Below, one piece after another: positions 24,399 to 32,901 of a stretch of 64,000 nt of DNA (position 1 is the first letter of the stretch; each line of letters opens with the position of its first letter). The DNA is taken from contig JACPCP010000009.1 in assembly GCA_016179745.1 (NCBI GenBank), forward strand, positions 9,084 to 73,083. The letters are read 5' to 3'. Source of the stretch: Candidatus Omnitrophota bacterium. Lineage in GTDB: Bacteria > Omnitrophota > Omnitrophia > Omnitrophales > JACQLI01. Below the pieces are notes generated by a model that did not search any database, was not told the origin of the DNA, and saw only the letters and a list, made by a program, of their open reading frames with translations. A program made the position numbers and the translations under genes.

Positions 24399-25829
24399 AT
24401 GCGATTTCGAACTCCGAAAATTCACTCCGAGGAAAGAAACTGGTCGGTGATCTTGAACCCGCTGCGCAGCGAGTTTGACAAAAAGCGGGTGGCCGACAAA
24501 ATTTCCAGTCTCTTTCATCTTTCCTTTGAAGAGGCCCGGGAGCTGGTGGAGAGCACACCGGTCATTCTTCTGGACGAACTCACCCGCCCGCTCGCCCTGC
24601 AGGCGCAGGGTGTTTTTCAGGAAGTCCGTGCCGAAATTTCACTGACCAACGATGCGCTCGTGAAGCGGCGGTGTTACCGTGCGGTTTGGCCGGAACCGCC
24701 CAGCCTTTCCTTCCTGGAAACAGCCGTTTTGTCCGGGGAGTCCCAGGAAAAATCTGCGGAAGAAACCCCCATTGGAACCGTTGTGGAGGCAGAACCGCCT
24801 TCCCTCGGGCCTGAGCCTTTTCAGCCCCGCCCTCCCGAACCCCTGTCAGAGCTTGAGAGAAGGTGCCGGGAGTTGGAGGAGCTTTGCAAGGAACGGGACC
24901 GGGAGGTGGAGGAATTGAGACGGCATCAGGACTCAGAAAAGGAAATCCCCTGGGAAGAGCGTTACTCCAATTTGAAGGAAGAATATCAGGAGGCAAAGGC
25001 CCTCTTAGAGGAAAAAATCCTGGCCCGGGAGAAGGAATTCGAGGACCTGAGGGCTCAACTGAAAGAGATCGCCGTTTGGCAGGAAAAGGCCGGTTATCTT
25101 GAAAGGCAGGCGGGGGAGTTCCTGAAAAAGACAAAGGAGCTGGAATCTGCCAAAGACCTCTTGGGGCAGGCCGCCCGGGAGCGCTCTGAAGAGTTGGCCG
25201 TCTGGCGGGAAAAATATCACACGCTGGCCCAAAAATCGGAACGCTTTGAGAGTCTCTATGAGGAGGAAAAAAAGCGGCGGGAGAAAACGGAAGAAGACGC
25301 CCGCAGGACTCAGGAGACGGCTGAACGCACAAGCCGTGAACTCGAAATTCAAAAGCTTGAAACAGAAAGGCTCAATAAAAGGTCCCAGGACCTCGAGGAA
25401 AATCACAAGCGCCTGGAAAGGGACTTTTCTGCCCTGAACGATTCCCAGGTGGGCGAATTGAAAAGGCTGCGGGATGAGAACCGGGACCTCGGGGTCCAGT
25501 TGGATTCAGCCCAGCGTCAGGTGCGGGAATTCATGCTGCGGGTGGAGCAGCAGGAGCTGATCGAGAAGCGGACACGCCTGGCCAACGACTTGGCCGCCCT
25601 GGAGGCCCGGCTGCGGGAACTGATCCTGGACGGAGACCGTCTGCGCCAGGAGATTCAGGACCGGGAACTTCAAGCCCAGACCCTTTCCGCCGAACAGGGC
25701 AATCTCGAGCGCCAAATTTTGGAAGTGAAACAGGCCCAGCGGCACCTCCTGGAGCAGAGCAAGATGAAGGAAAAGCCGGCCCGCCTCCGTCGTCCCGGCC
25801 CGGAGACCGAGTCTCTTCCGGGGGGGTGA
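24399..25829 (+). CDS. Coiled-coil protein with an N-terminal ribosomal L7/L12 C-terminal-domain-like module
   Basis: ATG 24399; the upstream part of track ORF 24117 overlaps the previous gene in another frame. SVIL...KKRVADKISSLFHLSFEEARELVESTPVILLDELTRPLALQAQGVFQEVRAEISL parallels the L12 CTD. It is followed by about 380 aa of E/R/K/L-rich heptad-like sequence. Confidence 0.7.
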   Translation: MRFRTPKIHSEERNWSVILNPLRSEFDKKRVADKISSLFHLSFEEARELVESTPVILLDELTRPLALQAQGVFQEVRAEISLTNDALVKRRCYRAVWPEPPSLSFLETAVLSGESQEKSAEETPIGTVVEAEPPSLGPEPFQPRPPEPLSELERRCRELEELCKERDREVEELRRHQDSEKEIPWEERYSNLKEEYQEAKALLEEKILAREKEFEDLRAQLKEIAVWQEKAGYLERQAGEFLKKTKELESAKDLLGQAARERSEELAVWREKYHTLAQKSERFESLYEEEKKRREKTEEDARRTQETAERTSRELEIQKLETERLNKRSQDLEENHKRLERDFSALNDSQVGELKRLRDENRDLGVQLDSAQRQVREFMLRVEQQELIEKRTRLANDLAALEARLRELILDGDRLRQEIQDRELQAQTLSAEQGNLERQILEVKQAQRHLLEQSKMKEKPARLRRPGPETESLPGG

Positions 25830-26233
25830 CCATGGTCGAAATGATCCTCTCTAAAATCAAGATCGACGAATCCCGCAATGACCAGGTCATCGTTTTAAAA
25901 GAAAAAGAGGGGAGCCGGCTCCTTCCGGTCGTGATCGGGATTGCCGAAGTCAATGCCATCAAGCTCAAATTGAGCGGCATCAAACCGCCCCGCCCCCTGA
26001 CGCACGATCTGGTGCTCAGCATTTTGGAAAGCCTCAACACGAAACTTCAAAAAATCGTTATCGACAAACTCCAGAGCAACACCTTTTACGCCAAACTCTG
26101 TCTGGCGGCGAACGGGAAAGAAATTGCGATCGACGCCCGGCCCTCCGACAGCGTGGCCCTCGCATTACGGGCAGGCGCCCCCGTTTATGTCGATGAAAAA
26201 GTCCTGGGGGAGGCCGGCGTCACCGAGTTTTAA
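25826..26233 (+). CDS. Bifunctional nuclease family protein (DUF151/BFN)
   Basis: The start overlaps the upstream stop (GTGA); ATG 25832 is an alternative start. LLPVVIGIAEVNAI...RPLTHDL...DARPSDSVALALR matches BFN-domain motifs. Confidence 0.8.
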   Translation: MTMVEMILSKIKIDESRNDQVIVLKEKEGSRLLPVVIGIAEVNAIKLKLSGIKPPRPLTHDLVLSILESLNTKLQKIVIDKLQSNTFYAKLCLAANGKEIAIDARPSDSVALALRAGAPVYVDEKVLGEAGVTEF

Positions 26234-27166
26234 ATGGGAATCCCTCCCGCTTCAAAAGACGTCCTCATCATCGGGGGCGGCGGCGCCGGGCTCACGGCGG
26301 CCCTCTACACGTCCCGGGCAAAACTTTCCACCCTCCTGCTTGAAAAACTGACTCCCGGCGGCCAAATTGCCCTGACCGACTTGGTTGAAAATTACCCGGG
26401 TTTTCCGGAAGGGGTGACGGGGACCGACATCTCCCAGCGCATGGAAGAACAAGCCAAGCGGTATGGGACCGAAGTGGTCTATGAAGAGGCGGCGGGGATT
26501 GAGAAGAAAAACGGAATTTTCCAGGTGAAGGCCCTGGATAAAACTTTTCAGGCCCGGGCCGTGATCGTGGCGAGCGGTGCCTCCTACCGGAACCTGGGAG
26601 TCCCCAAGGAAAGGGAACTGACCGGCCGGGGCGTTTCTTACTGTGCGACCTGCGACGGGGCTTTTTTTAAAGGGAAGGAGCTTGTCGTCGTGGGTGGGGG
26701 AGATTCTGCCATGCAGGAGGGCCTTTTTTTGACCCGCTTTGCGACAAAAATTACGGTCGTTCACCGGCGGGACAAACTCCGTGCCAGCCCCCTCCTCCAG
26801 GAACGGGCGCTTCATCATCCGCAGATGAAGTTTATTTGGGACACGGTGGTGACGGAGGTTTTGGGAGAGAAGAAAGTCGAGGGGGTCCGCTTGAAGCACG
26901 TGAAAAACGGGAAGGCCCAGGACTTCAAAACGGACGGTGTCTTTGTTTTTGTCGGACATGACCCCAACACGGGTTTCTTGAAAGGCCTCGTGGAGCTTGA
27001 CGGAAAAGGCTACGTGAAAACTTCTGAGGGCCTCAAGACGAACGTTCCCGGAATTTTTGCCTGCGGGGAGGTGCGCTCGGGCGCCGTCAAGCAGCTTGTG
27101 GCCTGCTGCGGGGAGGGCTGCGAGGCAGCTTTGGCCGCCCAAGCCTATCTGGAGAATCAGGAATGA
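26234..27166 (+). CDS. trxB: Thioredoxin-disulfide reductase
   Basis: FAD site IIGGGGAGLTAA, redox-active CATCDG, and NADPH site VVGGGDSAMQEG. Confidence 0.95.
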   Translation: MGIPPASKDVLIIGGGGAGLTAALYTSRAKLSTLLLEKLTPGGQIALTDLVENYPGFPEGVTGTDISQRMEEQAKRYGTEVVYEEAAGIEKKNGIFQVKALDKTFQARAVIVASGASYRNLGVPKERELTGRGVSYCATCDGAFFKGKELVVVGGGDSAMQEGLFLTRFATKITVVHRRDKLRASPLLQERALHHPQMKFIWDTVVTEVLGEKKVEGVRLKHVKNGKAQDFKTDGVFVFVGHDPNTGFLKGLVELDGKGYVKTSEGLKTNVPGIFACGEVRSGAVKQLVACCGEGCEAALAAQAYLENQE

Positions 27167-27675
27167 AAATTTTCAGGCCGACGGCTATTTTGCTTCTGCT
27201 GATTTTTCAGGCCAGCTGTGATTTTTCACCAGCCGGCAGCGGGTGTCGGGCCCCTTTCACGGCTTCTTCAGGCCCCTTCCTGGGCTCCGAGGCGCCCAAC
27301 TTCACTCTTCCCGATCTAAGCGGTGAACCCGTCGAATTGGCCCGGCTTTTCAACGAGAAGCCCGTCTTGATTATTTTTTGGGCCACCTGGTGCCCCACCT
27401 GCCGGGAAGAAATTCCGGTTTTGAACGAATGGATTAAAAAATACCCCCATCTTCAGATCTTGGCCGTGAATGTTCAGGAGCCGGCCGAGCGGGTGAGGGC
27501 CTTTGCTGAAAAAGAGGGCATCCGCTATCCGGTCGTTTTGGATCAGGAGGCTGAGGTCGCCGTTCAATACGGCCTGGTGGGCGTCCCGGCCTCGATCTTG
27601 ATCGCCCGGGGAGGGCGGATCCTTTATTACGGCTTTGCCCTTCCGAGGCATGTCGACCGGTTAATTCAGGAATAA
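27163..27675 (+). CDS. Exported TlpA/ResA-like thiol-disulfide oxidoreductase
   Basis: Signal/lipobox LLLIFQASC. Thioredoxin fold with WATWCPTCREE. Confidence 0.85.
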   Translation: MKIFRPTAILLLLIFQASCDFSPAGSGCRAPFTASSGPFLGSEAPNFTLPDLSGEPVELARLFNEKPVLIIFWATWCPTCREEIPVLNEWIKKYPHLQILAVNVQEPAERVRAFAEKEGIRYPVVLDQEAEVAVQYGLVGVPASILIARGGRILYYGFALPRHVDRLIQE

Positions 27676-27683
27676 CGACGCCC

Positions 27684-28484
27684 CTGATCCCGAAACTGCT
27701 TCTTTTTATTTTCCTTTTCCTTCCTTGTTTTGAATCCCAGGCGGAAACTTCTTCGTCCTTTGATCATTCTGACTGGGACCAATTTTTGAAAAAAGCGGTC
27801 AACGAAACAGGGGAAGTCGACTACTTAAAGGCCAAAGAGGAATCGGCGCTCCTCCAGGTTTATTTCAGGAAACTGAGAAAAATTCCGGCCCAGCCTTCCT
27901 GGGGTTGGCCCCGGGAGGAAAAGATCGCCGTCCTCATCAACGGATACAATGCCGGAGTCATCAAGCTGATTCTGGACCATGGCCCTGTGAAATCGGTCAA
28001 CAACATTGCCGGATTTTGGGACTTTCCCATTGTTCCGGTCGGCCGAAACTCCTACAGTTTGAACCAGGTTCAAGACGACTTGCTTCTCAGGCAGTTTCGC
28101 GAGGAAAAGGTTATTTTCGCCCTCACTTCCGGGACCCGGAGCTCTCCGGCGCTGAGACGGGAGGCTTACACGGGCCCCAAGTTGGAGGGGCAGCTTTATC
28201 TCGCTGTCCGGGACTTTGTGAACGCCCGGCCGGAAAATCAGATTGAGTTGGGCGGGAAAAAGGTCACTCTCTCCCGTCTCTTCAAGTGGCAGGCCCGGCA
28301 CTTCTTGATGAACTGGGGTGATTCTCCCGGGGAGGGCTCGTGGGACCCCCTCGAACGGGCGACGCTGAGCTTTATCGCCCATTTCCTCGAGGACCCAAAG
28401 AAGGTGGAATACCTTCGGGAAGGGGGCTACCGGGTGAAATACACCCCTTACGACTGGCAGCTTAACAAAACCTCAAAAACTTGA
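27684..28484 (+). CDS. DUF547 domain protein with a signal peptide (start codon unresolved)
   Basis: FDHSDWDQFLKKAV..GEVDY and INGYNAGVIKLIL match DUF547. The conserved N-terminus and a signal peptide (PKLLLFIFLFLPCFESQA) lie upstream of the first canonical start, TTG 27786. CTG 27684 and ATC 27687 are candidate starts. Confidence 0.65.
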   Translation: MIPKLLLFIFLFLPCFESQAETSSSFDHSDWDQFLKKAVNETGEVDYLKAKEESALLQVYFRKLRKIPAQPSWGWPREEKIAVLINGYNAGVIKLILDHGPVKSVNNIAGFWDFPIVPVGRNSYSLNQVQDDLLLRQFREEKVIFALTSGTRSSPALRREAYTGPKLEGQLYLAVRDFVNARPENQIELGGKKVTLSRLFKWQARHFLMNWGDSPGEGSWDPLERATLSFIAHFLEDPKKVEYLREGGYRVKYTPYDWQLNKTSKT

Positions 28485-28509
28485 CAGTTGGCCCCAATCC
28501 ACATAAAAT
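28481..28509 (+). promoter_or_regulatory. Sigma70-like promoter of the rplU-rpmA-obg operon
   Basis: TTGACA (28481-28486), a 17-nt spacer and TAAAAT (28504-28509). Confidence 0.5.
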
Positions 28510-28533
28510 ACGGCCCACTTTCGAGTTATAAAA

Positions 28534-28863
28534 ATGAGCCCCTTCGCGATTGTCCAAGCCGGCGGTAAACAGCTTCGGGTGGAGCCCAACCAAGTCATTG
28601 ATATAGAAAGACTTAAGCTGGGCGATCACCAGAAGGAAGTCCTCTTGAATAAGGTTCTTCTCCTCAGACGAGGGGAGTCTTACGAGGTTGGGAACCCCTA
28701 CGTCAAAGGGGCTTTGGTGGTCTGCGAGTCCCTGGACGAAATCCGCGGGCCGAAAAAAGTTTCCTTTAAAATGAGGCGACGCAAGAACTCCCGCCAGAAG
28801 AAGGGCCATCGGCAGACTTACTCCCGTCTTCGCGTCAAAGAAATCCGCCACTCCGAGGATTGA
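28534..28863 (+). CDS. rplU: 50S ribosomal protein L21
   Basis: FAIVQAGGKQLRVEPNQVIDIERL...RRRKNSRQKKGHRQ matches L21. Confidence 0.95.
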   Translation: MSPFAIVQAGGKQLRVEPNQVIDIERLKLGDHQKEVLLNKVLLLRRGESYEVGNPYVKGALVVCESLDEIRGPKKVSFKMRRRKNSRQKKGHRQTYSRLRVKEIRHSED

Positions 28864-28866
28864 TTC

Positions 28867-29124
28867 ATGGCCCACGTTAAAGGACAGGGCAGCACCCAAA
28901 ACGGGCGGGATTCAAACGCCAAGCGTCTCGGCATCAAACGGTTTGACGGCCAGCGGGTTCAAGCCGGTGAAATCCTTGTCCGACAGCGGGGCACCCGCTT
29001 CAAGCCGGGCTTTTTTGTCGGGCAGGGCAATGATTACACCTTGTTTGCCCTCCGGCCGGGAACGGTCAAGTTTCGCCCGAATCGAACCGTCCACATCAAC
29101 CCCGTTAACCCGATCAAGAAATAA
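28867..29124 (+). CDS. rpmA: 50S ribosomal protein L27
   Basis: [29 protein letters not shown]...[11 protein letters not shown] matches L27. Confidence 0.95.
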   Translation: MAHVKGQGSTQNGRDSNAKRLGIKRFDGQRVQAGEILVRQRGTRFKPGFFVGQGNDYTLFALRPGTVKFRPNRTVHINPVNPIKK

Positions 29125-29202
29125 ACCAATCCCAAATCTCCGTCATCTTTTGGGCTTTCGGGAGAAAGTCTGACGGAAGATTTGGGATTTTTATTTTCAA
29201 CG

Positions 29203-30198
29203 ATGGAACGAACCCTGGACGAAGTCAAAATTTTTGTCAAAGCCGGTGATGGGGGCCGGGGGTGTGACAGCCGCCTCCGGATTTCAGAAAAAAAGTTTTT
29301 GAACACCGGCGGTGAAGGCGGCTCGGGCGGGAGCGTGATCGTCCGGGCGGACCGTAATGTTACGAACCTGAGGGAGTTTCTTTACCACCCGCACTTCCGG
29401 GCCGGGTCGGGCGGGCTCGGCGGCAGCAATCACAAGCGGGGGAAAAAGGGCCGGGACGTTGTGATTTCCGTCCCTTCGGGCACGGTGGTCTACCGGAAGG
29501 ACAAAAGTTTTCTCATCCGGGACCTGGTTGAGGCCGGCGACGAAGTCATCGTCCTTGAGGGAGGCCGGGGCGGCGCCGGCAATGCGGGAGGAAGGTTTGC
29601 CCAGCCCGGGGAAGCGGGAGGGTCGCTCGAGATCGTCCTCATTTTCAAGATCCCGGCCGACGTTTTTTTGATCGGTCTTCCCAATACGGGAAAATCCAAA
29701 CTCTTGAACCGCCTTACGCACGCCCACGCCCGGGAAGAAAGTTTCCCTTTTTCAACCCGGCACCCCGAGCTGGGGACCCACGAGACCCCGGACTACCGGC
29801 AGGTCCTGCTCTGCGAACTTCCGGCGCTCTACCGGGAATCCCATGCCGGACGCGGTCTGGGGGTGGACTACCTCAAGCACCTGGACCGGGGAAAAATCAT
29901 TCTTTTTGTTTTGGACCCCTTGAATGCTTTTGCCGGGACGCTGGGAGAAGGCTACGATATCCTGCTTGAAACACTGGGACGGTATCGGCCGAGTTTGCTT
30001 GAAATTTCCCGGGGGGTGGTCGTCAATAAGATGGATCTCGAAGAGGTCCGTGAGCGGGTGGGGGCGGAAAAATTTCGTCCGCCGGACCCGCTGTTTCTGA
30101 TTTCAGCCGAGACCGGAGAAGGGGTGGAGGAGCTCATGCATTTCGTGACAGCCCATTTGAGAAAAATGGAGACTCCCAAGGAGCTTTCCCATGGCTGA
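29203..30198 (+). CDS. obg: GTPase Obg/CgtA
   Basis: Obg-fold N-domain VKIFVKAGDGGRGC...GGEGGSGGSV...GGRGGAGN. G-domain GLPNTGKSKLLN...NKMD. ATG 29203 aligns with typical Obg N-termini. Confidence 0.9.
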   Translation: MERTLDEVKIFVKAGDGGRGCDSRLRISEKKFLNTGGEGGSGGSVIVRADRNVTNLREFLYHPHFRAGSGGLGGSNHKRGKKGRDVVISVPSGTVVYRKDKSFLIRDLVEAGDEVIVLEGGRGGAGNAGGRFAQPGEAGGSLEIVLIFKIPADVFLIGLPNTGKSKLLNRLTHAHAREESFPFSTRHPELGTHETPDYRQVLLCELPALYRESHAGRGLGVDYLKHLDRGKIILFVLDPLNAFAGTLGEGYDILLETLGRYRPSLLEISRGVVVNKMDLEEVRERVGAEKFRPPDPLFLISAETGEGVEELMHFVTAHLRKMETPKELSHG

Positions 30199-31060
30199 AG
30201 GCGGAATTCGGCGTCTGCGGGACAAGCTTCGGAAGGCCCGGCGTGTGGTTTTGAAGGCCGGGACCAGCATGCTTACGTCCCCGACGGGAAATTTTTCGAA
30301 GCCGGCCTTTGACCGGCTCGGGGAGGAGGTCTTCTCGCTCCTTCGCCAGAAGCGGCAAGTGGTGCTCGTTACCAGCGGGGCCATTGCTTTTGGAATGGAG
30401 ACGCTCCATCTCAAAAACCGACCGACCGATTTGAAGCGGTTGCAAGCCTGTGCGGCGGTGGGGCAGGGCAAGCTGATGCGGGCCTATGAGGAATATTTTT
30501 CAAAACGGGGGGTTCACACGGCCCAAGTCCTTCTGACCCGGGACATCCTGGAGTCCCGGCACCGGTTTTTAAATACCCAGCACACCTTCCGTGAGCTTTT
30601 TCGGATGAAGGCGCTTCCCATCGTCAATGAGAATGACACGGTGGCGACCGAGGAAATCGCCTTTGGCGACAATGACCTCCTTTCGGTCTGGGTGGCCGGC
30701 CTGCTCGGGGCGGACCTTCTTGTCCTCCTTTCCGATGTGGACGGTTTTTATTTGAAAGACGGCTCCCGGATCCGGGCGGTGGAGAGGCTCGATCAGATTC
30801 AAAGAAATCTGATGCCTCATTTGGCGGATCAGAAGAAAGAGAGGTCCGTGGGCGGGATGAGGGCGAAACTCGAGGCCGCCAAACTGGCGATGCAATCCGG
30901 GATCCCGCTCTGGCTTGTCAACGGCCATCAGGAAAAGATCCTCGAAAAGGTGTTTGAAGGCGCTGACGTCGGCACCCTCTTCGTGGCCGGAGGAAGGCGG
31001 CGGATGAGTCATGAAAACTGGATGATCCTGGCGGGGGGCCGCTCTCGATGGGCTCCTTAA
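30191..31060 (+). CDS. proB: Glutamate 5-kinase
   Basis: VVLKAGTS.LT..., VLVTSGAIAFG, IVNENDTVATEEI.FGDNDLLS and GGMRAKLEAA motifs. Confidence 0.9.
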   Translation: MAEGGIRRLRDKLRKARRVVLKAGTSMLTSPTGNFSKPAFDRLGEEVFSLLRQKRQVVLVTSGAIAFGMETLHLKNRPTDLKRLQACAAVGQGKLMRAYEEYFSKRGVHTAQVLLTRDILESRHRFLNTQHTFRELFRMKALPIVNENDTVATEEIAFGDNDLLSVWVAGLLGADLLVLLSDVDGFYLKDGSRIRAVERLDQIQRNLMPHLADQKKERSVGGMRAKLEAAKLAMQSGIPLWLVNGHQEKILEKVFEGADVGTLFVAGGRRRMSHENWMILAGGRSRWAP

Positions 31061-32307
31061 ATTCCTACGTTTCAGACGTTGCCCGGAAGGCCAAGGCGGC
31101 TTCCCTGATTTCGGCCACTCTCTCCAGCCGGGAGAAAAACCGTGTTCTTTTGGAAGTCGTGCGTCTTCTCGAATTGGGAAAAAAGTCGATCCGGCAGCAG
31201 AATGAACGGGATTTGCGTCGGGCCGAAGAAAGAAAGTTAAGCCCGGCCCTGATCGACCGGCTCACGCTGACCCCCCAACGGATCGAGGAAATTTCAGGCG
31301 GGGTCCAGGCCGTGGCCCGTCTCGACGACCCGATCGGAAAAGTGCTGGCCCGATGGAAACGTCCGAATGGTCTTTCGATTTCAAAAGTGACCGTGCCGCT
31401 CGGTGTCATTCTCATCATCTACGAATCGCGTCCCAATGTCACCTCCGAATGCGCCTCGCTCTGCCTGAAGAGCGGGAATGCCGTGATCCTTCGGGGCGGC
31501 AGCGAAGCGTTTCACTCCAATCAGGCCCTGGTCCACGTTTACCACCAGGCCCTGCAGAAATTTAGCCTGCCGCTCGCCTGCGTCAGTTTTGTGACGGTGA
31601 CAGATCATCGTGCGGTGGATCTTTTTCTCAAACTTGAGGACCAGATCAATCTTGTGATCCCCCGGGGCGGGGAGGCCCTGATCCGGAGGGTGGCGCACGG
31701 CTCCCGGATCCCTGTGATTAAACACTATCAAGGTGTCTGCCATATTTATATTGATGAGAAGGCGGATCTTCCGCAGGCCCTGAGGATTGCCCTGAACGCC
31801 AAGTGCCAGCGTCCCGCGACGTGCAATGCAATGGAAACTTTACTGGTTCACGAAAAAATCGCTTCCCGGTTCCTGCCGGTGCTGGGGCGGGGACTTCGCA
31901 AGGCCGGATGCGAAGTCCGGGGCGATCGGGAGACGTGTCGGATCCTTCCCTGGGCGAAACCGGCCCGTTCCCAAGATTGGGGGAGAGAGTTTCTGGACAA
32001 GATCCTTGCGATCCGGACCGTGCCGGATCTCGATGCCGCCATCTCGCATATTCAGACTTACGGGTCGGCGCACACGGACGGTATCGTCACCCGGGACCGT
32101 CTCCGGGCGCGCCGCTTTGTGGAGAGGGTGGACTCTTCTTCGGTGATGGTGAATGCCTCCACCCGGTTTTCGGACGGGTTTCAGTACGGTTTCGGCGCAG
32201 AGATCGGCATCTCAACGGACAAGATCCACGCCCGGGGTCCCATGGGTCTGGACGGGCTGGCTTCTTACAAATACGTGGTAGAAGGACACGGACAAATACG
32301 GGAATAA
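31048..32307 (+). CDS. proA: Glutamate-5-semialdehyde dehydrogenase
   Basis: IYESRPNVT...AVILRGGSEA...PATCNAMETLLVH...SAHTDGIVT...NASTRFSDGFQYG matches ProA. Confidence 0.95.
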   Translation: MGSLNSYVSDVARKAKAASLISATLSSREKNRVLLEVVRLLELGKKSIRQQNERDLRRAEERKLSPALIDRLTLTPQRIEEISGGVQAVARLDDPIGKVLARWKRPNGLSISKVTVPLGVILIIYESRPNVTSECASLCLKSGNAVILRGGSEAFHSNQALVHVYHQALQKFSLPLACVSFVTVTDHRAVDLFLKLEDQINLVIPRGGEALIRRVAHGSRIPVIKHYQGVCHIYIDEKADLPQALRIALNAKCQRPATCNAMETLLVHEKIASRFLPVLGRGLRKAGCEVRGDRETCRILPWAKPARSQDWGREFLDKILAIRTVPDLDAAISHIQTYGSAHTDGIVTRDRLRARRFVERVDSSSVMVNASTRFSDGFQYGFGAEIGISTDKIHARGPMGLDGLASYKYVVEGHGQIRE

Positions 32308-32313
32308 CCACTC

Positions 32314-32901
32314 ATGAAAATCGGGATTCTCGGGGGAAGTTTCGACCCCGTTCATGCGGGACATCTCTCCTTGGCCCGGGAATCCGAAGCGCAGTTTAAA
32401 CTCGATAAAATCCTTTTCATCCCGGCCCGAATCCCTCCGCACAAGCAGGAAGACCCCTCTCTGGCCCCTGCGTCCCACCGGGCCCGAATGGTGGAACTGG
32501 CCATCTCCGGGGCTCCCCGCTGGGAACTTTCCGATCTCGAGTTGCGCCGGCCCGGCGTTTCCTACACGGTGGAGACGCTCTTGGAACTCCGGAAAATTTA
32601 TCCGGAGCCTCACCAGATTTTTTTTATCGTTGGGGCAGATTCCCTGGCGGACCTCAAAAAATGGAAGGATCCCGAGGAAATTCTCAGGCTTTCCGAATGG
32701 ATCGTGGCGCCGAGGCCTGCCTTCCCGCTTCCCGGGAAACTTCCTCCCCGAATGCATTGGCTTAAGATGGCGCCCTTGTCTCTCTCGGCATCTGAACTTC
32801 GGGAGAAGATTCAGCGCGGGGATGATGTTTCTCAGTGGGTTCCTCAAAAAGTGACGGATTACATCCGGCGCACGGGGCTTTATCGAAGGGAGGGGGCATG
32901 A
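32314..32901 (+). CDS. nadD: Nicotinate-nucleotide adenylyltransferase
   Basis: GILGGSFDPVHAGHL and the ISASELREKI (ISSTxxR-like) motif. Confidence 0.9.
   Translation: MKIGILGGSFDPVHAGHLSLARESEAQFKLDKILFIPARIPPHKQEDPSLAPASHRARMVELAISGAPRWELSDLELRRPGVSYTVETLLELRKIYPEPHQIFFIVGADSLADLKKWKDPEEILRLSEWIVAPRPAFPLPGKLPPRMHWLKMAPLSLSASELREKIQRGDDVSQWVPQKVTDYIRRTGLYRREGA

Noticed and set aside
26252-27142. 296-aa minus-strand ORF antisense to trxB
   Set aside because: The + strand encodes a canonical thioredoxin reductase. The antisense product has no recognisable features.
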